Assembly (NCBI GenBank): GCA_965363755.1
Contig: CBDTVL010000001.1
Span: 1-63,183, forward strand
Length of the DNA: 63,183 nt
DNA from: an uncultured Sulfitobacter sp.
GTDB lineage: Bacteria; Pseudomonadota; Alphaproteobacteria; Rhodobacterales; Rhodobacteraceae
Direction of reading: 5' to 3'
In this document: positions 1-9,972 of the stretch, piece after piece
Position numbering within the stretch: position 1 is the first letter of the stretch
How the letters are laid out: every line of letters begins with the position of its first letter
Notes under the pieces: model-generated
Told to the model about the DNA's origin: nothing
Database searches by the model: none
Seen by the model: only the letters and a program-made list of their open reading frames with translations
Position numbers and translations under genes: made by a program

Positions 1-463
<463 letters not shown>

Positions 464-464
<1 letters not shown>

Positions 465-649
465 TGTTGAACATTACCAAACGACGCATGGCTCATGCAT
501 TGTCGATCATCGGCGAAGCTGGAATTGAAGGTTTCAGCTATGAAAGCGGAGTAAACGCACTCTTTGTGGAATGCGAGTATCGGTCAAGGAAGGGCCGTTG
601 GATGCTCGCCAATTCACCGGTTTTTCTCGGGAAGAATTTAGATACATAA
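464..649 (+). CDS. Small hypothetical ORF; may be the N-terminal half of a frameshifted gene continuing to 906
   Basis: GTG overlaps the pheS stop (TAGTG); 61 aa; AT-richer than flanks. Confidence 0.35.
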
Positions 650-906
650 TGGCTCACGCAGCGATAGCGGATTTGGTCGATGCTGGGCCAAATCAGGAAG
701 AACTGGCTCGCGCACACCTAAGTGTAACAAATTGGCTTATACATCTTACTTTATCAGGTTGGGAACATGTCGAGCAATATGATCGAACATTGCTGGGTCA
801 ATGGTTTGGCAACATAAAAACCAACTGGCCTACGATCTTGACTTCGGTCGCTGCAGCATTGGTATCGGCATGGCTCTTGTACAACTGGGGACCTCCGCGC
901 CAATAA
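571..906 (+). CDS. Hypothetical protein with C-terminal TM helix; weak DUF2513/winged-helix-like pattern
   Basis: 111 aa ORF; GFSREEFRY...LTLSGWEHVE; hydrophobic tail TILTSVAAALVSAWLLY. Confidence 0.45.
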   Translation: MRVSVKEGPLDARQFTGFSREEFRYIMAHAAIADLVDAGPNQEELARAHLSVTNWLIHLTLSGWEHVEQYDRTLLGQWFGNIKTNWPTILTSVAAALVSAWLLYNWGPPRQ

Positions 907-992
907 GTAGATGTCTGGGTGCCTGAGGTTACATATTTTTGCCCACACAAATGTGAGATGACATCACCAACTCTCCCGCTAATGTCGCCATC

Positions 993-1802
993 ATGAAATA
1001 CGTTTTCTCCGTCCTTCTCGCCCTTTTCTTCACGACGAGTACCCAAGCCATGGGCCCGTGGAAAGACTGCCATGCAAAGGTTCCGTGTGAACTCGGCGAT
1101 CGATCTTATCACGTCAAAACCCCCGATGACTGGGACGGCGAGACGCCACTGCCGGTTTTGCTGCACTTTCATGGTTGGATGCGCACCGGCGCTTTGCCGG
1201 TCAAACATGGTCGCATCTCAGGAGCGACCCGCAGACGTGGAGTCTTGTTGCTGGCGCCCAATGGCAACGGCCGAACCTGGGATTTCTGGGATCATGACAC
1301 TGATGACGTGGCCTTTGCTGCCGCTGTCATCGAAGATGCGGCCAAACATTATCCGATTGATCGTAGCCGCATCTATGTGTCGGGCTATTCTTATGGTTCG
1401 GCAATGGCGTGGCGGTATGTCTGCGAGAACGGCAATGACGTCGCAGCTTTGATCGCCGTGTCGGGCACTCTGCGGCAATCAGAACAATGTCCGCAAGGAC
1501 CGCGTGAAGTGCGTCATGTGCATGGGCTGGCGGACACTGTGATGGATTTCCCGATGGGGCCGGGAGAGGACACAACCTATCCCGTGGCCCTGTGGCGCGA
1601 GAAATATGGCTGCGCTGAGGGGGAAAATGCCGGCGACTGGCAGGCGGTTGATTTCCTGACATTCCAGCGCACAATCTGGGCGGGCTGTAGTGGCGGCGGT
1701 TCAGTGACACTTGATGTGCACCCGGGTGGCCACTTTATCCCGCACGGCTGGATTGCGCGACAGCTGGACGAGTTGCTGGGCCGGGCGCCGACGTACCCCT
1801 AA
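993..1802 (+). CDS. Secreted alpha/beta-hydrolase, PHB depolymerase/LpqC-like esterase
   Basis: Signal peptide; HFHG oxyanion region; GYSYG (GxSxG); HG..D and GGH catalytic motifs. Confidence 0.85.
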   Translation: MKYVFSVLLALFFTTSTQAMGPWKDCHAKVPCELGDRSYHVKTPDDWDGETPLPVLLHFHGWMRTGALPVKHGRISGATRRRGVLLLAPNGNGRTWDFWDHDTDDVAFAAAVIEDAAKHYPIDRSRIYVSGYSYGSAMAWRYVCENGNDVAALIAVSGTLRQSEQCPQGPREVRHVHGLADTVMDFPMGPGEDTTYPVALWREKYGCAEGENAGDWQAVDFLTFQRTIWAGCSGGGSVTLDVHPGGHFIPHGWIARQLDELLGRAPTYP

Positions 1803-1892
1803 ACCTGCCTCTTGTGTCATCGTGCTCTTTCCCCTTGGGCTGCCTTGGGCTAATACCGCCCGGACACCGATCTGACCGGGGACTTAAGGCTC

Positions 1893-4289
1893 ATGAAATT
1901 CACTCTCTCCTGGCTCAAGAAACATCTTGAGACAGATGCATCGCTGGATGACATCCTCTATGCGCTGACCGATCTGGGCCTTGAGGTCGAAGAGGTCACA
2001 AATCCTGCCGCCAAATTACATGATTTTATCATTGGCAAAGTGTTGAGCGCCGAGAAGCATCCCGAAGCGGATCGTCTGAAGGTCTGTGTGGTTGCCACGG
2101 ACGAAGGCGAAACCCAGATCATTTGCGGCGCGCCCAATGCACGCGAAGGTATCATCGTTGTCGTCGCTAAACCCGGAGTTTATGTGCCGGGCATCGACAC
2201 GACGATTGGCGTCGGAAAAATCCGCGGGATCGAAAGCTTTGGCATGATGGCGTCCGAGCGCGAGTTGGAGCTGTCTGAAGAACATGACGGCATTATCGAG
2301 CTGCACAGCGGCGAGGTCGGCCAACGGTTTACAGATTGGTTGGCCGAGCATTATCCGTCCAAGGTTGACCCGGTGATCGAAATTGCGATCACGCCAAACC
2401 GTCCCGATGCTCTGGGAGTTCGCGGCATTGCCCGTGACCTGGCCGCGCGGGGTCTTGGCAAGCTGAAACCACAAGAAGTTGGTTCGGTCGAAGCCAAATT
2501 TTCCTGCCCGGTTGCTGTGACCATTGATGAGGACACGCTAAACGGTTGCCCGGTATTCATGGGCCGCGTCATCCGAGGTGTGACCAACGGGCCATCGCCG
2601 GAATGGTTGCAGGACTTGCTGCGCGCCATTGGCCTGCGCCCGATCTCAGCCCTTGTCGATATTACCAACTATTTCACCTACGACCAGAACCGACCGCTGC
2701 ACGTATTTGACGTGGCTAAAATGTCGGGCAATCTGCGTGTGCATCGCGCTGCGGGTGGCGAGTCAATTTTGGCACTGGATGACAAGGAATATACGTTTTT
2801 TCCCGGCATGATGGCGATCTCGGACGACAATGGTCCGGAGAGCATTGCCGGTGTCATGGGCGGCGCGCTAACCGGTGTGACGGCAGAAACCACCGACGTG
2901 TTCGTGGAAAGTGCGTATTGGAACAATGTGCAAATCGCGCTGACCGGGCGTGCGCTGAAGATCAATTCGGATGCGCGCTACCGGTTCGAGCGCGGTATTG
3001 ACCCGGCGTTCACACAAGATGGGCTGGAGCTGGCGACGCGGATGATCCTTGACCTTTGTGGTGGCGAAGCCTCAGATATCGTGGTCGCCGGAGCGATGCC
3101 AGATCATTCACGCGCTTACAAACTGGACGCGGCGCGGGTACGTTCGCTTGTTGGGATGGAAATTCCCGAAAGCACCCAGCGGCAAACTTTGACGGCATTG
3201 GGATTTCGGCTGGAAGGGAATTACGCCCATGTGCCCAGCTGGCGGCCTGATGTGGATGGCGAGGCTGATTTGGTCGAAGAGGTTGCCCGTATTGCGTCGC
3301 TGACCAAGCTGGAAGGTAAGCCATTGCCGCGGATGACCACCGGTGTTCCCAAACCAATCCTGTCACCAATGCAGCGGCGCGAGCAGGCCGCGCGGCGGAC
3401 TTGTGCGGCACTAGGGTACAATGAGTGCGTGAGCTATTCATTCATTGATCAGGCCTCGGCCGCGTTGTTTGGCGGCGGCACCGATGCGACGATGCTTGAG
3501 AATCCGATCTCATCGGAGATGAGCCATATGCGTCCGGCCCTTCTGCCCGGTCTGCTGCTGGCGGCTGCGCGCAATCAGGCGCGCGGATTTGCCGATCTTG
3601 CATTGTTCGAAGTCGGACCGGCGTTTCACGGCGCCGAGCCGGGAGAGCAACATTTGCTGGTCTCCGGCCTGTTGGTCGGACGGACCGGGCCAAAGGACGT
3701 GCAAGGCGCCTCGCGCGGCGTTGACGTATTTGACGTCAAGGCGGATGCCGAAGCCGTACTGGCTGTGATCGGGGCACCGGCCAAGGTGCAGATACTACGC
3801 GGTGCTCGCGAGTGGTGGCATCCGGGCCGTCATGGCATGATCTGTTTGGGCCCGAAAAAGGTCCTGGGCATTTTTGGCGAACTGCATCCGCGGGTGTTGG
3901 CCGCGATGGATATCAAAGGGCCCGCGATGGCCTTTACGCTGTGGCCGGGCGAAGTACCAATGCCCAAGAAAACCAAAGCAACTCGGCCTGCTCTGGAAAT
4001 TCGAGATTTGCAGGCAGTCGAACGCGATTTTGCCTTTGTGGTAGATGCTCAAGTTGAGGCAATGGCGCTAGTCAACGCAGCAGCAGGTGCAGATAAGGCG
4101 CTGATCAATAACGTGCGCGTGTTTGACGAATTCATCGGCGGTTCACTCGGCGAGGGTAAGAAATCGCTTGCCATTACAGTGCGTCTGCAACCCGTCAAAG
4201 CCACGCTGAAAGAGGCAGAGATTGAAGCCGTAAGCACAAAGATCATCGAGAAAGTCAGCAAAGCGACTGGCGGCGTGTTACGAGGATAG
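1893..4289 (+). CDS. pheT: Phenylalanine--tRNA ligase beta subunit
   Basis: MKFTLSWLK start, ICGAPN, ITPNRPD, RFERG, C-terminal FDX-ACB ending LRG; 798 aa. Confidence 0.98.
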   Translation: MKFTLSWLKKHLETDASLDDILYALTDLGLEVEEVTNPAAKLHDFIIGKVLSAEKHPEADRLKVCVVATDEGETQIICGAPNAREGIIVVVAKPGVYVPGIDTTIGVGKIRGIESFGMMASERELELSEEHDGIIELHSGEVGQRFTDWLAEHYPSKVDPVIEIAITPNRPDALGVRGIARDLAARGLGKLKPQEVGSVEAKFSCPVAVTIDEDTLNGCPVFMGRVIRGVTNGPSPEWLQDLLRAIGLRPISALVDITNYFTYDQNRPLHVFDVAKMSGNLRVHRAAGGESILALDDKEYTFFPGMMAISDDNGPESIAGVMGGALTGVTAETTDVFVESAYWNNVQIALTGRALKINSDARYRFERGIDPAFTQDGLELATRMILDLCGGEASDIVVAGAMPDHSRAYKLDAARVRSLVGMEIPESTQRQTLTALGFRLEGNYAHVPSWRPDVDGEADLVEEVARIASLTKLEGKPLPRMTTGVPKPILSPMQRREQAARRTCAALGYNECVSYSFIDQASAALFGGGTDATMLENPISSEMSHMRPALLPGLLLAAARNQARGFADLALFEVGPAFHGAEPGEQHLLVSGLLVGRTGPKDVQGASRGVDVFDVKADAEAVLAVIGAPAKVQILRGAREWWHPGRHGMICLGPKKVLGIFGELHPRVLAAMDIKGPAMAFTLWPGEVPMPKKTKATRPALEIRDLQAVERDFAFVVDAQVEAMALVNAAAGADKALINNVRVFDEFIGGSLGEGKKSLAITVRLQPVKATLKEAEIEAVSTKIIEKVSKATGGVLRG

Positions 4290-4378
4290 ATGCGTTGAGA
4301 CGGACCAGTGGCCAACCCAGTGGGGCCACGGGTTTGCTCTCGGAACAGCGAAGTTGTGAATAAACGAAGGGACAGTCG

Positions 4379-4828
4379 ATGACGTTGAAGGTCTATTTAT
4401 CGGGCGAAATTCATACCGATTGGCGAGAGCAGATCACAGATGGCGCCGCCGGTTTGGATGTGTCCTTCAGCGCCCCCGTCACCGATCATGCGGCCAGTGA
4501 CGATTGCGGCGTTGCCATTCTAGGGGCAGAGCCCAACAAATACTGGCATGACCATAAAGGTGCGATGGTGAATGCGATCCGTACCCGCAAAGGAATTGAG
4601 GATGCAGATGTTGTGGTGGTGCGCTTTGGCGACCAGTATAAACAATGGAATGCAGCGTTTGATGCAGGATATGCCGCAGCATTGGGTAAATCGTTGATTA
4701 TTTTGCATGGGCCGGATCTTGCCCATCCGCTCAAGGAAGTTGACGCTGCGGCATTGGCGGTAGCGGAACATCCAGCACAGGTGGTGCAGATACTACGGTA
4801 TGTTCTGACGGGTCAGTTGCCGAACTAG
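4379..4828 (+). CDS. YtoQ family protein (nucleoside 2-deoxyribosyltransferase-like)
   Basis: VYLSGEIHTDWR, YKQWNAAFDAG and HPLKEVD motifs. Confidence 0.9.
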   Translation: MTLKVYLSGEIHTDWREQITDGAAGLDVSFSAPVTDHAASDDCGVAILGAEPNKYWHDHKGAMVNAIRTRKGIEDADVVVVRFGDQYKQWNAAFDAGYAAALGKSLIILHGPDLAHPLKEVDAAALAVAEHPAQVVQILRYVLTGQLPN

Positions 4829-5415
4829 GCGAGTGGCACTTACGCTGCCAACTGTGACCACCTGTATCTTTCAAGCTAATGAGGCCTCTCCGTGCTTTGG
4901 GCTGCTGTCGGTAAGCTCCGGCAGAAAGTGGACGTGATCGGGGGCTTTGAATGGGCCCAACATGCAGATGCAGACCTTTATCAGGTCATCACAGCACAAC
5001 GCTGATCCGGCTTTCACTGTCACGGCAGCTTCCATCCGTTCATCGGATGTGGCGCAAGGTCTGGGGAATGCAGCGGCTTGAGATTTCGAGATCGATCATT
5101 GAAGCGCAATCAGACGTTGTTCGGATAGATTGCAACAACTAGGTTGCCGAACGAGAAACCTGCAGATCAGTTTGATCAGGACTATTCTTATTGGAATGCG
5201 CCTCGGAGCAATTATTCTGGGCGTCGGTTTATTTCAACCGCCCTTCCGAGTGCAAGAAAGCGCTGGAACTTTGGCTCGGGTGTGAATATTCAAGCCATAG
5301 GTAATTGCGAATTGCTGTTCCGCACTCGCCAACGACCGATAAAGTAGATCATTCTTGAACAATCATGGATCGCACTAATTAGGGGGTCCATTAGCCTAAA
5401 GTAGAGGAAAACCAT

Positions 5416-5922
5416 ATGCACAAACTCATGCTAACAGCAGGCGCCGCGATCATCGCGGCAGGTACGCTTGTGACCACCGAAGCGAAAGCTGACACTTTTG
5501 AAAAATTCGGTGATGTTGAAGGCTGGAATGTCTTCATCGACAAAGAAAAGATGTCATGCCTGATCGAAAAGTCTGATGATGTCGGAAACGTTGTCCAGAT
5601 GGGTCTGACGACCGATCGCGCCGTCGCATATGTTGGTGTATTCACCAATCAGAAAACCGACGTTAAGAAAGGTGACAAAGAAGCTGTTGCCATTCTTCTT
5701 GACGACCAACTTTATGTTGGCGAGGCAACTGGAATGCGCGGCAATATCACCAAGGGATATACCGGTGGTTACGTCTTGTCGGACGACCCTCAATTCGTTG
5801 ACGATGTAGCTCAGAAATACACAATGACTGTGTTTCCGGAAAAGGAATACGCTTTCGTCGTGGATCTGGCCGGTACAAAAAAGGCCATCGAAATGGCACG
5901 CAAGTGCAATAGCGGACTGTAG
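5416..5922 (+). CDS. Secreted hypothetical protein, IalB-like pattern
   Basis: RBS GAGG; signal peptide ending AKA; W-x-V...C near the N-terminus and GTKKAIEMARKC at the C-terminus; own terminator. Confidence 0.75.
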   Translation: MHKLMLTAGAAIIAAGTLVTTEAKADTFEKFGDVEGWNVFIDKEKMSCLIEKSDDVGNVVQMGLTTDRAVAYVGVFTNQKTDVKKGDKEAVAILLDDQLYVGEATGMRGNITKGYTGGYVLSDDPQFVDDVAQKYTMTVFPEKEYAFVVDLAGTKKAIEMARKCNSGL

Positions 5923-5953
5923 AACTGCAAATTCGTTAGTTAAGATGTTTTCT

Positions 5954-5997
5954 TGGGCCGATCATTTCATGGTGAATTGATCGGCCCATTTTTTTTT
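5954..5997 (+). terminator. Rho-independent terminator
   Basis: TGGGCCGATCA...TGATCGGCCCA followed by a T9 run. Confidence 0.85.
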
Positions 5998-6129
5998 GGC
6001 GCTATGTCTCTGTACTCCGGGAAAACCTGCCAACATCCGGCTGGAGTGAGCCATGGCATAAACCGCTCCTCGTCCGAACTTTGAACGCTGCCTGAGAGGT
6101 CGACATTCAACGTGCATGGTCAAGCAATC

Positions 6130-6158
6130 TTGTCGTCAAAACTGAAGTGGGCTACACT
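6130..6158 (+). promoter_or_regulatory. Putative sigma70 promoter of the sulfatase gene
   Basis: TTGTCG-N17-TACACT followed by an AT-rich leader. Confidence 0.45.
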
Positions 6159-6232
6159 TTTGTTTCTGATTATTATTATTAAATAATACCAATTAGATAA
6201 CCTCCGAGAGTCGGAGCGCAAAAGGAAATATT

Positions 6233-7813
6233 ATGAAACAACTCGATGACAATACAATTATGAGCAGCGGGCGACTTCGTTTCGCTGGAGTGCTCCTCGC
6301 CAGTGTGGCGCTGGTTGCTGGCACAGCCCATGCACAGGGCGCTGACAAACCAAATATTGTGGTGATCTGGGGTGATGACATCGGCCAGTTCAACGTAAGC
6401 GCGTACAATAATGGCATGATGGGCTACAGAACGCCCAACATCGACCGGCTTGCGGCGGAAGGTGCGTTGTTCACGGACTGGTATGGGCAGCAAAGTTGCA
6501 CCGCTGGTCGTGCCGCGTTTATCACGGGGCAGTCCCCGATCCGCACCGGCCTTACCAAGGTTGGTTTGCCGGGCGCGCCAGAAGGCATGAAGATCGAGGA
6601 CCCAACAATTGCGGGCCTTCTCAAGCCGCTTGGTTATATGACTGCACAGTTCGGCAAGAACCACTTGGGCGACCGGGACGAGATGCTTCCAACGAACAAT
6701 GGGTTCGACGAATTTTACGGCAATCTCTATCACCTCAACGCTGAGGAAGAGCCTGAAAACGTCGACTATCCCAAAGACGATGATTTCCGGGAGAATTTTG
6801 GCCCTCGCGGCGTGATCAAGTCCTCGGCTGACGGCTCTATCGAAGATACCGGTCCGCTCAGTAGGAAACGCATGGAAACGGTGGACGAGGAAGTAACGGC
6901 TGCCGCGCTTGATTTTATGGACAGAGCTCACGAGCAGGGAAAGCCCTTCTTTTTGTGGTGGAACTCGACACGGATGCACATTTTCACGCACCTCAAGTCT
7001 GAATCTATCGGTGTGACCGGTCAGGGCATCTATGCCGACGGCATGGTTGAGCATGATGGTATGGTCGGTCAATTGCTCGACAAGATCGACGACCTTGGCA
7101 TCGCCGACAATACAATCGTGATGTATTCCACAGATAACGGCGCCGAAACCTTCACATGGCCAGACGGCGGCACAACCATGTTCAAAGGTGAAAAGAACAC
7201 CCAGTGGGAAGGCGGTTTTCGCGTTCCGACAGTGATCCGCTGGCCCGGAACAATTGCGCCCGGAACAGTGATCAACGATATCGGTGCCCATGAAGATATG
7301 TTGCCGACATTGCTTGCGGCTGCCGGCTCGCCGGATATCAAAGAGCAACTTTTGCAAGGTGGCGTTCAGGCCATTGGTCGTGAGTACAAAGTGCATCTTG
7401 ATGGCTATGATCTGGCACCAGCGCTGAAAGGCGAGGCCGATTGGCCGCGCGAAGAGTTCTTCTACTGGACTGACGACGGCTCGGTAGCAGCGCTGCGCTA
7501 TAATGATTGGAAGGTCACGTTCCTGCGTCAGAATGCCGAGGGCATGAAGGTCTGGACCACTCCATTCGAGGTGTTGCGGGCGCCGTCCATCACTAACCTG
7601 CGCATGGATCCGTTTGAGCGGGCCGAGGCCGAAGATGCAATGGGGTATCAACAATGGTGGGTCGAGCATATGTTTGTTATCGCCCCCGCAGGGGCTTATG
7701 TTGGCAATTGGTTGCAAAGCTTTGCCGAATTCCCGCCGCGTCAAAAGCCGGGCAGCTTCAGTCTTGACCGCGTTATGGAATCGGTGATGGCCGGATCACA
7801 GGGCAACCAATAA
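6233..7813 (+). CDS. Periplasmic arylsulfatase (formylglycine-dependent, Cys-type S1 sulfatase)
   Basis: Signal peptide ending AHA; PNIVVIWGDD, SCTAGRAAFITG, GKNHLG, STDNG, GEK...WEGGFRVP. Confidence 0.93.
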   Translation: MKQLDDNTIMSSGRLRFAGVLLASVALVAGTAHAQGADKPNIVVIWGDDIGQFNVSAYNNGMMGYRTPNIDRLAAEGALFTDWYGQQSCTAGRAAFITGQSPIRTGLTKVGLPGAPEGMKIEDPTIAGLLKPLGYMTAQFGKNHLGDRDEMLPTNNGFDEFYGNLYHLNAEEEPENVDYPKDDDFRENFGPRGVIKSSADGSIEDTGPLSRKRMETVDEEVTAAALDFMDRAHEQGKPFFLWWNSTRMHIFTHLKSESIGVTGQGIYADGMVEHDGMVGQLLDKIDDLGIADNTIVMYSTDNGAETFTWPDGGTTMFKGEKNTQWEGGFRVPTVIRWPGTIAPGTVINDIGAHEDMLPTLLAAAGSPDIKEQLLQGGVQAIGREYKVHLDGYDLAPALKGEADWPREEFFYWTDDGSVAALRYNDWKVTFLRQNAEGMKVWTTPFEVLRAPSITNLRMDPFERAEAEDAMGYQQWWVEHMFVIAPAGAYVGNWLQSFAEFPPRQKPGSFSLDRVMESVMAGSQGNQ

Positions 7814-7841
7814 ACGCCCATTCAGGTATAGATGACTTTCA

Positions 7842-7877
7842 GAAGGCGGGTTTTGATCGCGAAACCCGCCTTCGCTT
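7842..7877 (+). terminator. Stem-loop between the sulfatase and cytochrome genes (terminator or mRNA-stabilising hairpin)
   Basis: GAAGGCGGGTTT-N8-AAACCCGCCTTC with only a weak U-tail. Confidence 0.6.
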
Positions 7878-7979
7878 TGACTGATCTGTGTGGGTTTGTT
7901 CTGGCGCGGGATCATTGGGTCCTCTATCGATTGGTGGAGAGATATTTTAATTTTGCGATTTAGCTGGAAGGGCCTGATC

Positions 7980-9962
7980 TTGACCTTTATTGCACAGGCT
8001 TCTGCCCTAGCACGGATCGTGTCGGCGGCGGTTCTCGTCGCGTTCTCATTTGGCGCCCCGCCTGTTTTCGCCCAAGAATTGACTGTTCCCGCCTATGTCG
8101 GGTCGCAGGCCTGCGCAGATTGTCACAGCGACGCAACCGAGAGCTGGACCGGATCGGACCATGCCCTTGCTTGGACAGCGCCGACAGCTGAGAACATTGT
8201 CGCAGATTTCGACGGAACTGAATTCACTCATGATGGAATGCTGGCCCAGTTTCGCATCGACGGTGGTCGTCACTTTGTAACGGTAACCGAGAACGATGGC
8301 GCAACCACTGATTATCCGGTGCACTCTGTCGCTGGTATTGAGCCCTTGCAGCAGTATTTATTGGAAACTGAACCGGGCCGTTTGCAAAGCTTTGATGTTG
8401 TTTGGGATACAGAACAGAAAACGTGGTTTCATCTTTACCCCGATCAGGTTCTGCCACCAGATGACGGATTGCACTGGACCGGCCCCTACAAAAACTGGAA
8501 CGCCCGCTGCGCAGAGTGCCATGCCACTGGTTTTGAAAAGAACTATGACCCTGAAAGCGGCACATATTCCTCAACACAGGCCGAAATGGGTGTGGGATGC
8601 GAATCCTGCCACGGACCGGCTGCGGTGCATCTTGCGTGGACCAAAGATCAGGACATTTCGGGATGGGATGGACAGGTCGACGCGGTTGGTCTGACTATGG
8701 CCTTTGATGGTGCCGAGAGCACGATACAGCAATGCGCTGGCTGCCATTCTCGGCGCGAGGCGCAGGGGCAGGGCAATCCGCTGCCCGGCACACCTTATCA
8801 TGACGCATACAATCTGGCGCAGCTCCGCCCTGGGCTTTACCACGCGGATGGGCAAATCCTCGACGAGGTTTACGTCTACGGCTCGTTCCTGCAGTCAAAA
8901 ATGTATGCGCGAGGCGTAGGATGCACGAACTGCCACAACGCCCATTCAACTGACCTGAAAGCCGAAGGGAACGCGGTCTGCACACAGTGCCATTCACAAG
9001 CGGGAAATGCAGAGTTCTCGACACTGAAACCTGCGATTTATGACAGCCCGGAGCATCATTTCCACACGGAAGGTTCCGAGGGTGCCCAGTGCAAGAGCTG
9101 CCATATGGTTGAGCAGGTCTACATGGGCGTGGACGGGCGGCGCGACCACAGCTTCCGCATTCCGCGGCCCGATCTGGCAGGCGAAACTGGCAGTCCGGAT
9201 GCCTGCACAACCTGTCATCAGGACCAATCTGCCGACTGGGCCGCCGCCCAGATCGCTGATTGGTATCCGGCCTCACAAAACCGGGGTCTGCATTATGGGC
9301 AGACTCTTGCGAAAGGTCGGGCTAACCCGGTTGCGGCGGCGGGGGCGCTCTCGGATCTGGCGGCAGATGCAGGCCAGCCGGGGATCGTCCGGGCCACCGC
9401 CCTGTGGCTGCTTGAGCAATCCGGCGATCCGGCCGTTGCCGAAAGGTTTGTACCGCTGCTGTCTGACCCGGATCCGGTAATTCGAACCGCTGCCATAGGT
9501 CTGCAACGCCTGGCGCCAGATCAGGACCGGGTTCTCCGGCTGGTTGATCTGCTTGCCGACCCGATCCAGACCGTGCGCATCATTGCGGCACGGCAGTTGG
9601 TGGATGCGCCGATTGCGCGGCTGCCCCAGAGAATGGCGGCAAATCTGCGCATTGCGACGTCTGAGTGGCGGCAATCACTGGCCAACCGGTTTGATTTTCC
9701 TGAGACTCATCTGCAGCTTGGCGGCATCGCACTGGCCATGCGTAATCCGCCGGCGGCAATCACTGCGTTCAGAGAAGTTGTGAGTCTTGATCCTCAACGG
9801 ATTGATGCGTGGGTGATGCTTGTGCGCATCGCTGCCGCGACCGAAGGTCTTGAGGCAACACGCACGGTGCTGGCCGACGCACTTGAGATCAACCCCAATG
9901 ATCCGAGTTTGCTGCAGTTTGCTGAGGAAATCCGTACTAATCCAAACAGTACATCGCCCTGA
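7980..9962 (+). CDS. Exported octaheme c-type cytochrome with C-terminal HEAT and TPR repeats
   Basis: Eight CxxCH (CADCH, CAECH, CESCH, CAGCH, CTNCH, CTQCH, CKSCH, CTTCH); signal peptide ending VFA; DPDPVIRTAA/DPIQTVRIIAA HEAT-like repeats; TPR-like tail. Start uncertain (frame open from 7890; TTG 7980 follows GGAAGG). Confidence 0.88.
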   Translation: MTFIAQASALARIVSAAVLVAFSFGAPPVFAQELTVPAYVGSQACADCHSDATESWTGSDHALAWTAPTAENIVADFDGTEFTHDGMLAQFRIDGGRHFVTVTENDGATTDYPVHSVAGIEPLQQYLLETEPGRLQSFDVVWDTEQKTWFHLYPDQVLPPDDGLHWTGPYKNWNARCAECHATGFEKNYDPESGTYSSTQAEMGVGCESCHGPAAVHLAWTKDQDISGWDGQVDAVGLTMAFDGAESTIQQCAGCHSRREAQGQGNPLPGTPYHDAYNLAQLRPGLYHADGQILDEVYVYGSFLQSKMYARGVGCTNCHNAHSTDLKAEGNAVCTQCHSQAGNAEFSTLKPAIYDSPEHHFHTEGSEGAQCKSCHMVEQVYMGVDGRRDHSFRIPRPDLAGETGSPDACTTCHQDQSADWAAAQIADWYPASQNRGLHYGQTLAKGRANPVAAAGALSDLAADAGQPGIVRATALWLLEQSGDPAVAERFVPLLSDPDPVIRTAAIGLQRLAPDQDRVLRLVDLLADPIQTVRIIAARQLVDAPIARLPQRMAANLRIATSEWRQSLANRFDFPETHLQLGGIALAMRNPPAAITAFREVVSLDPQRIDAWVMLVRIAAATEGLEATRTVLADALEINPNDPSLLQFAEEIRTNPNSTSP

Positions 9963-9972
9963 AAACACCTGT

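Noticed and set aside
4829..5415. Long intergenic gap with short ORFs (4951-5142, 5144-5347) and faint REP/MITE-like fragments
   Set aside because: No RBS, motif, terminal inverted repeats or second copy in the window to support a gene or mobile element
6179..7744. 521-aa minus-strand ORF
   Set aside because: Antisense shadow of the sulfatase; no recognisable motifs; expected from codon bias in GC-rich DNA
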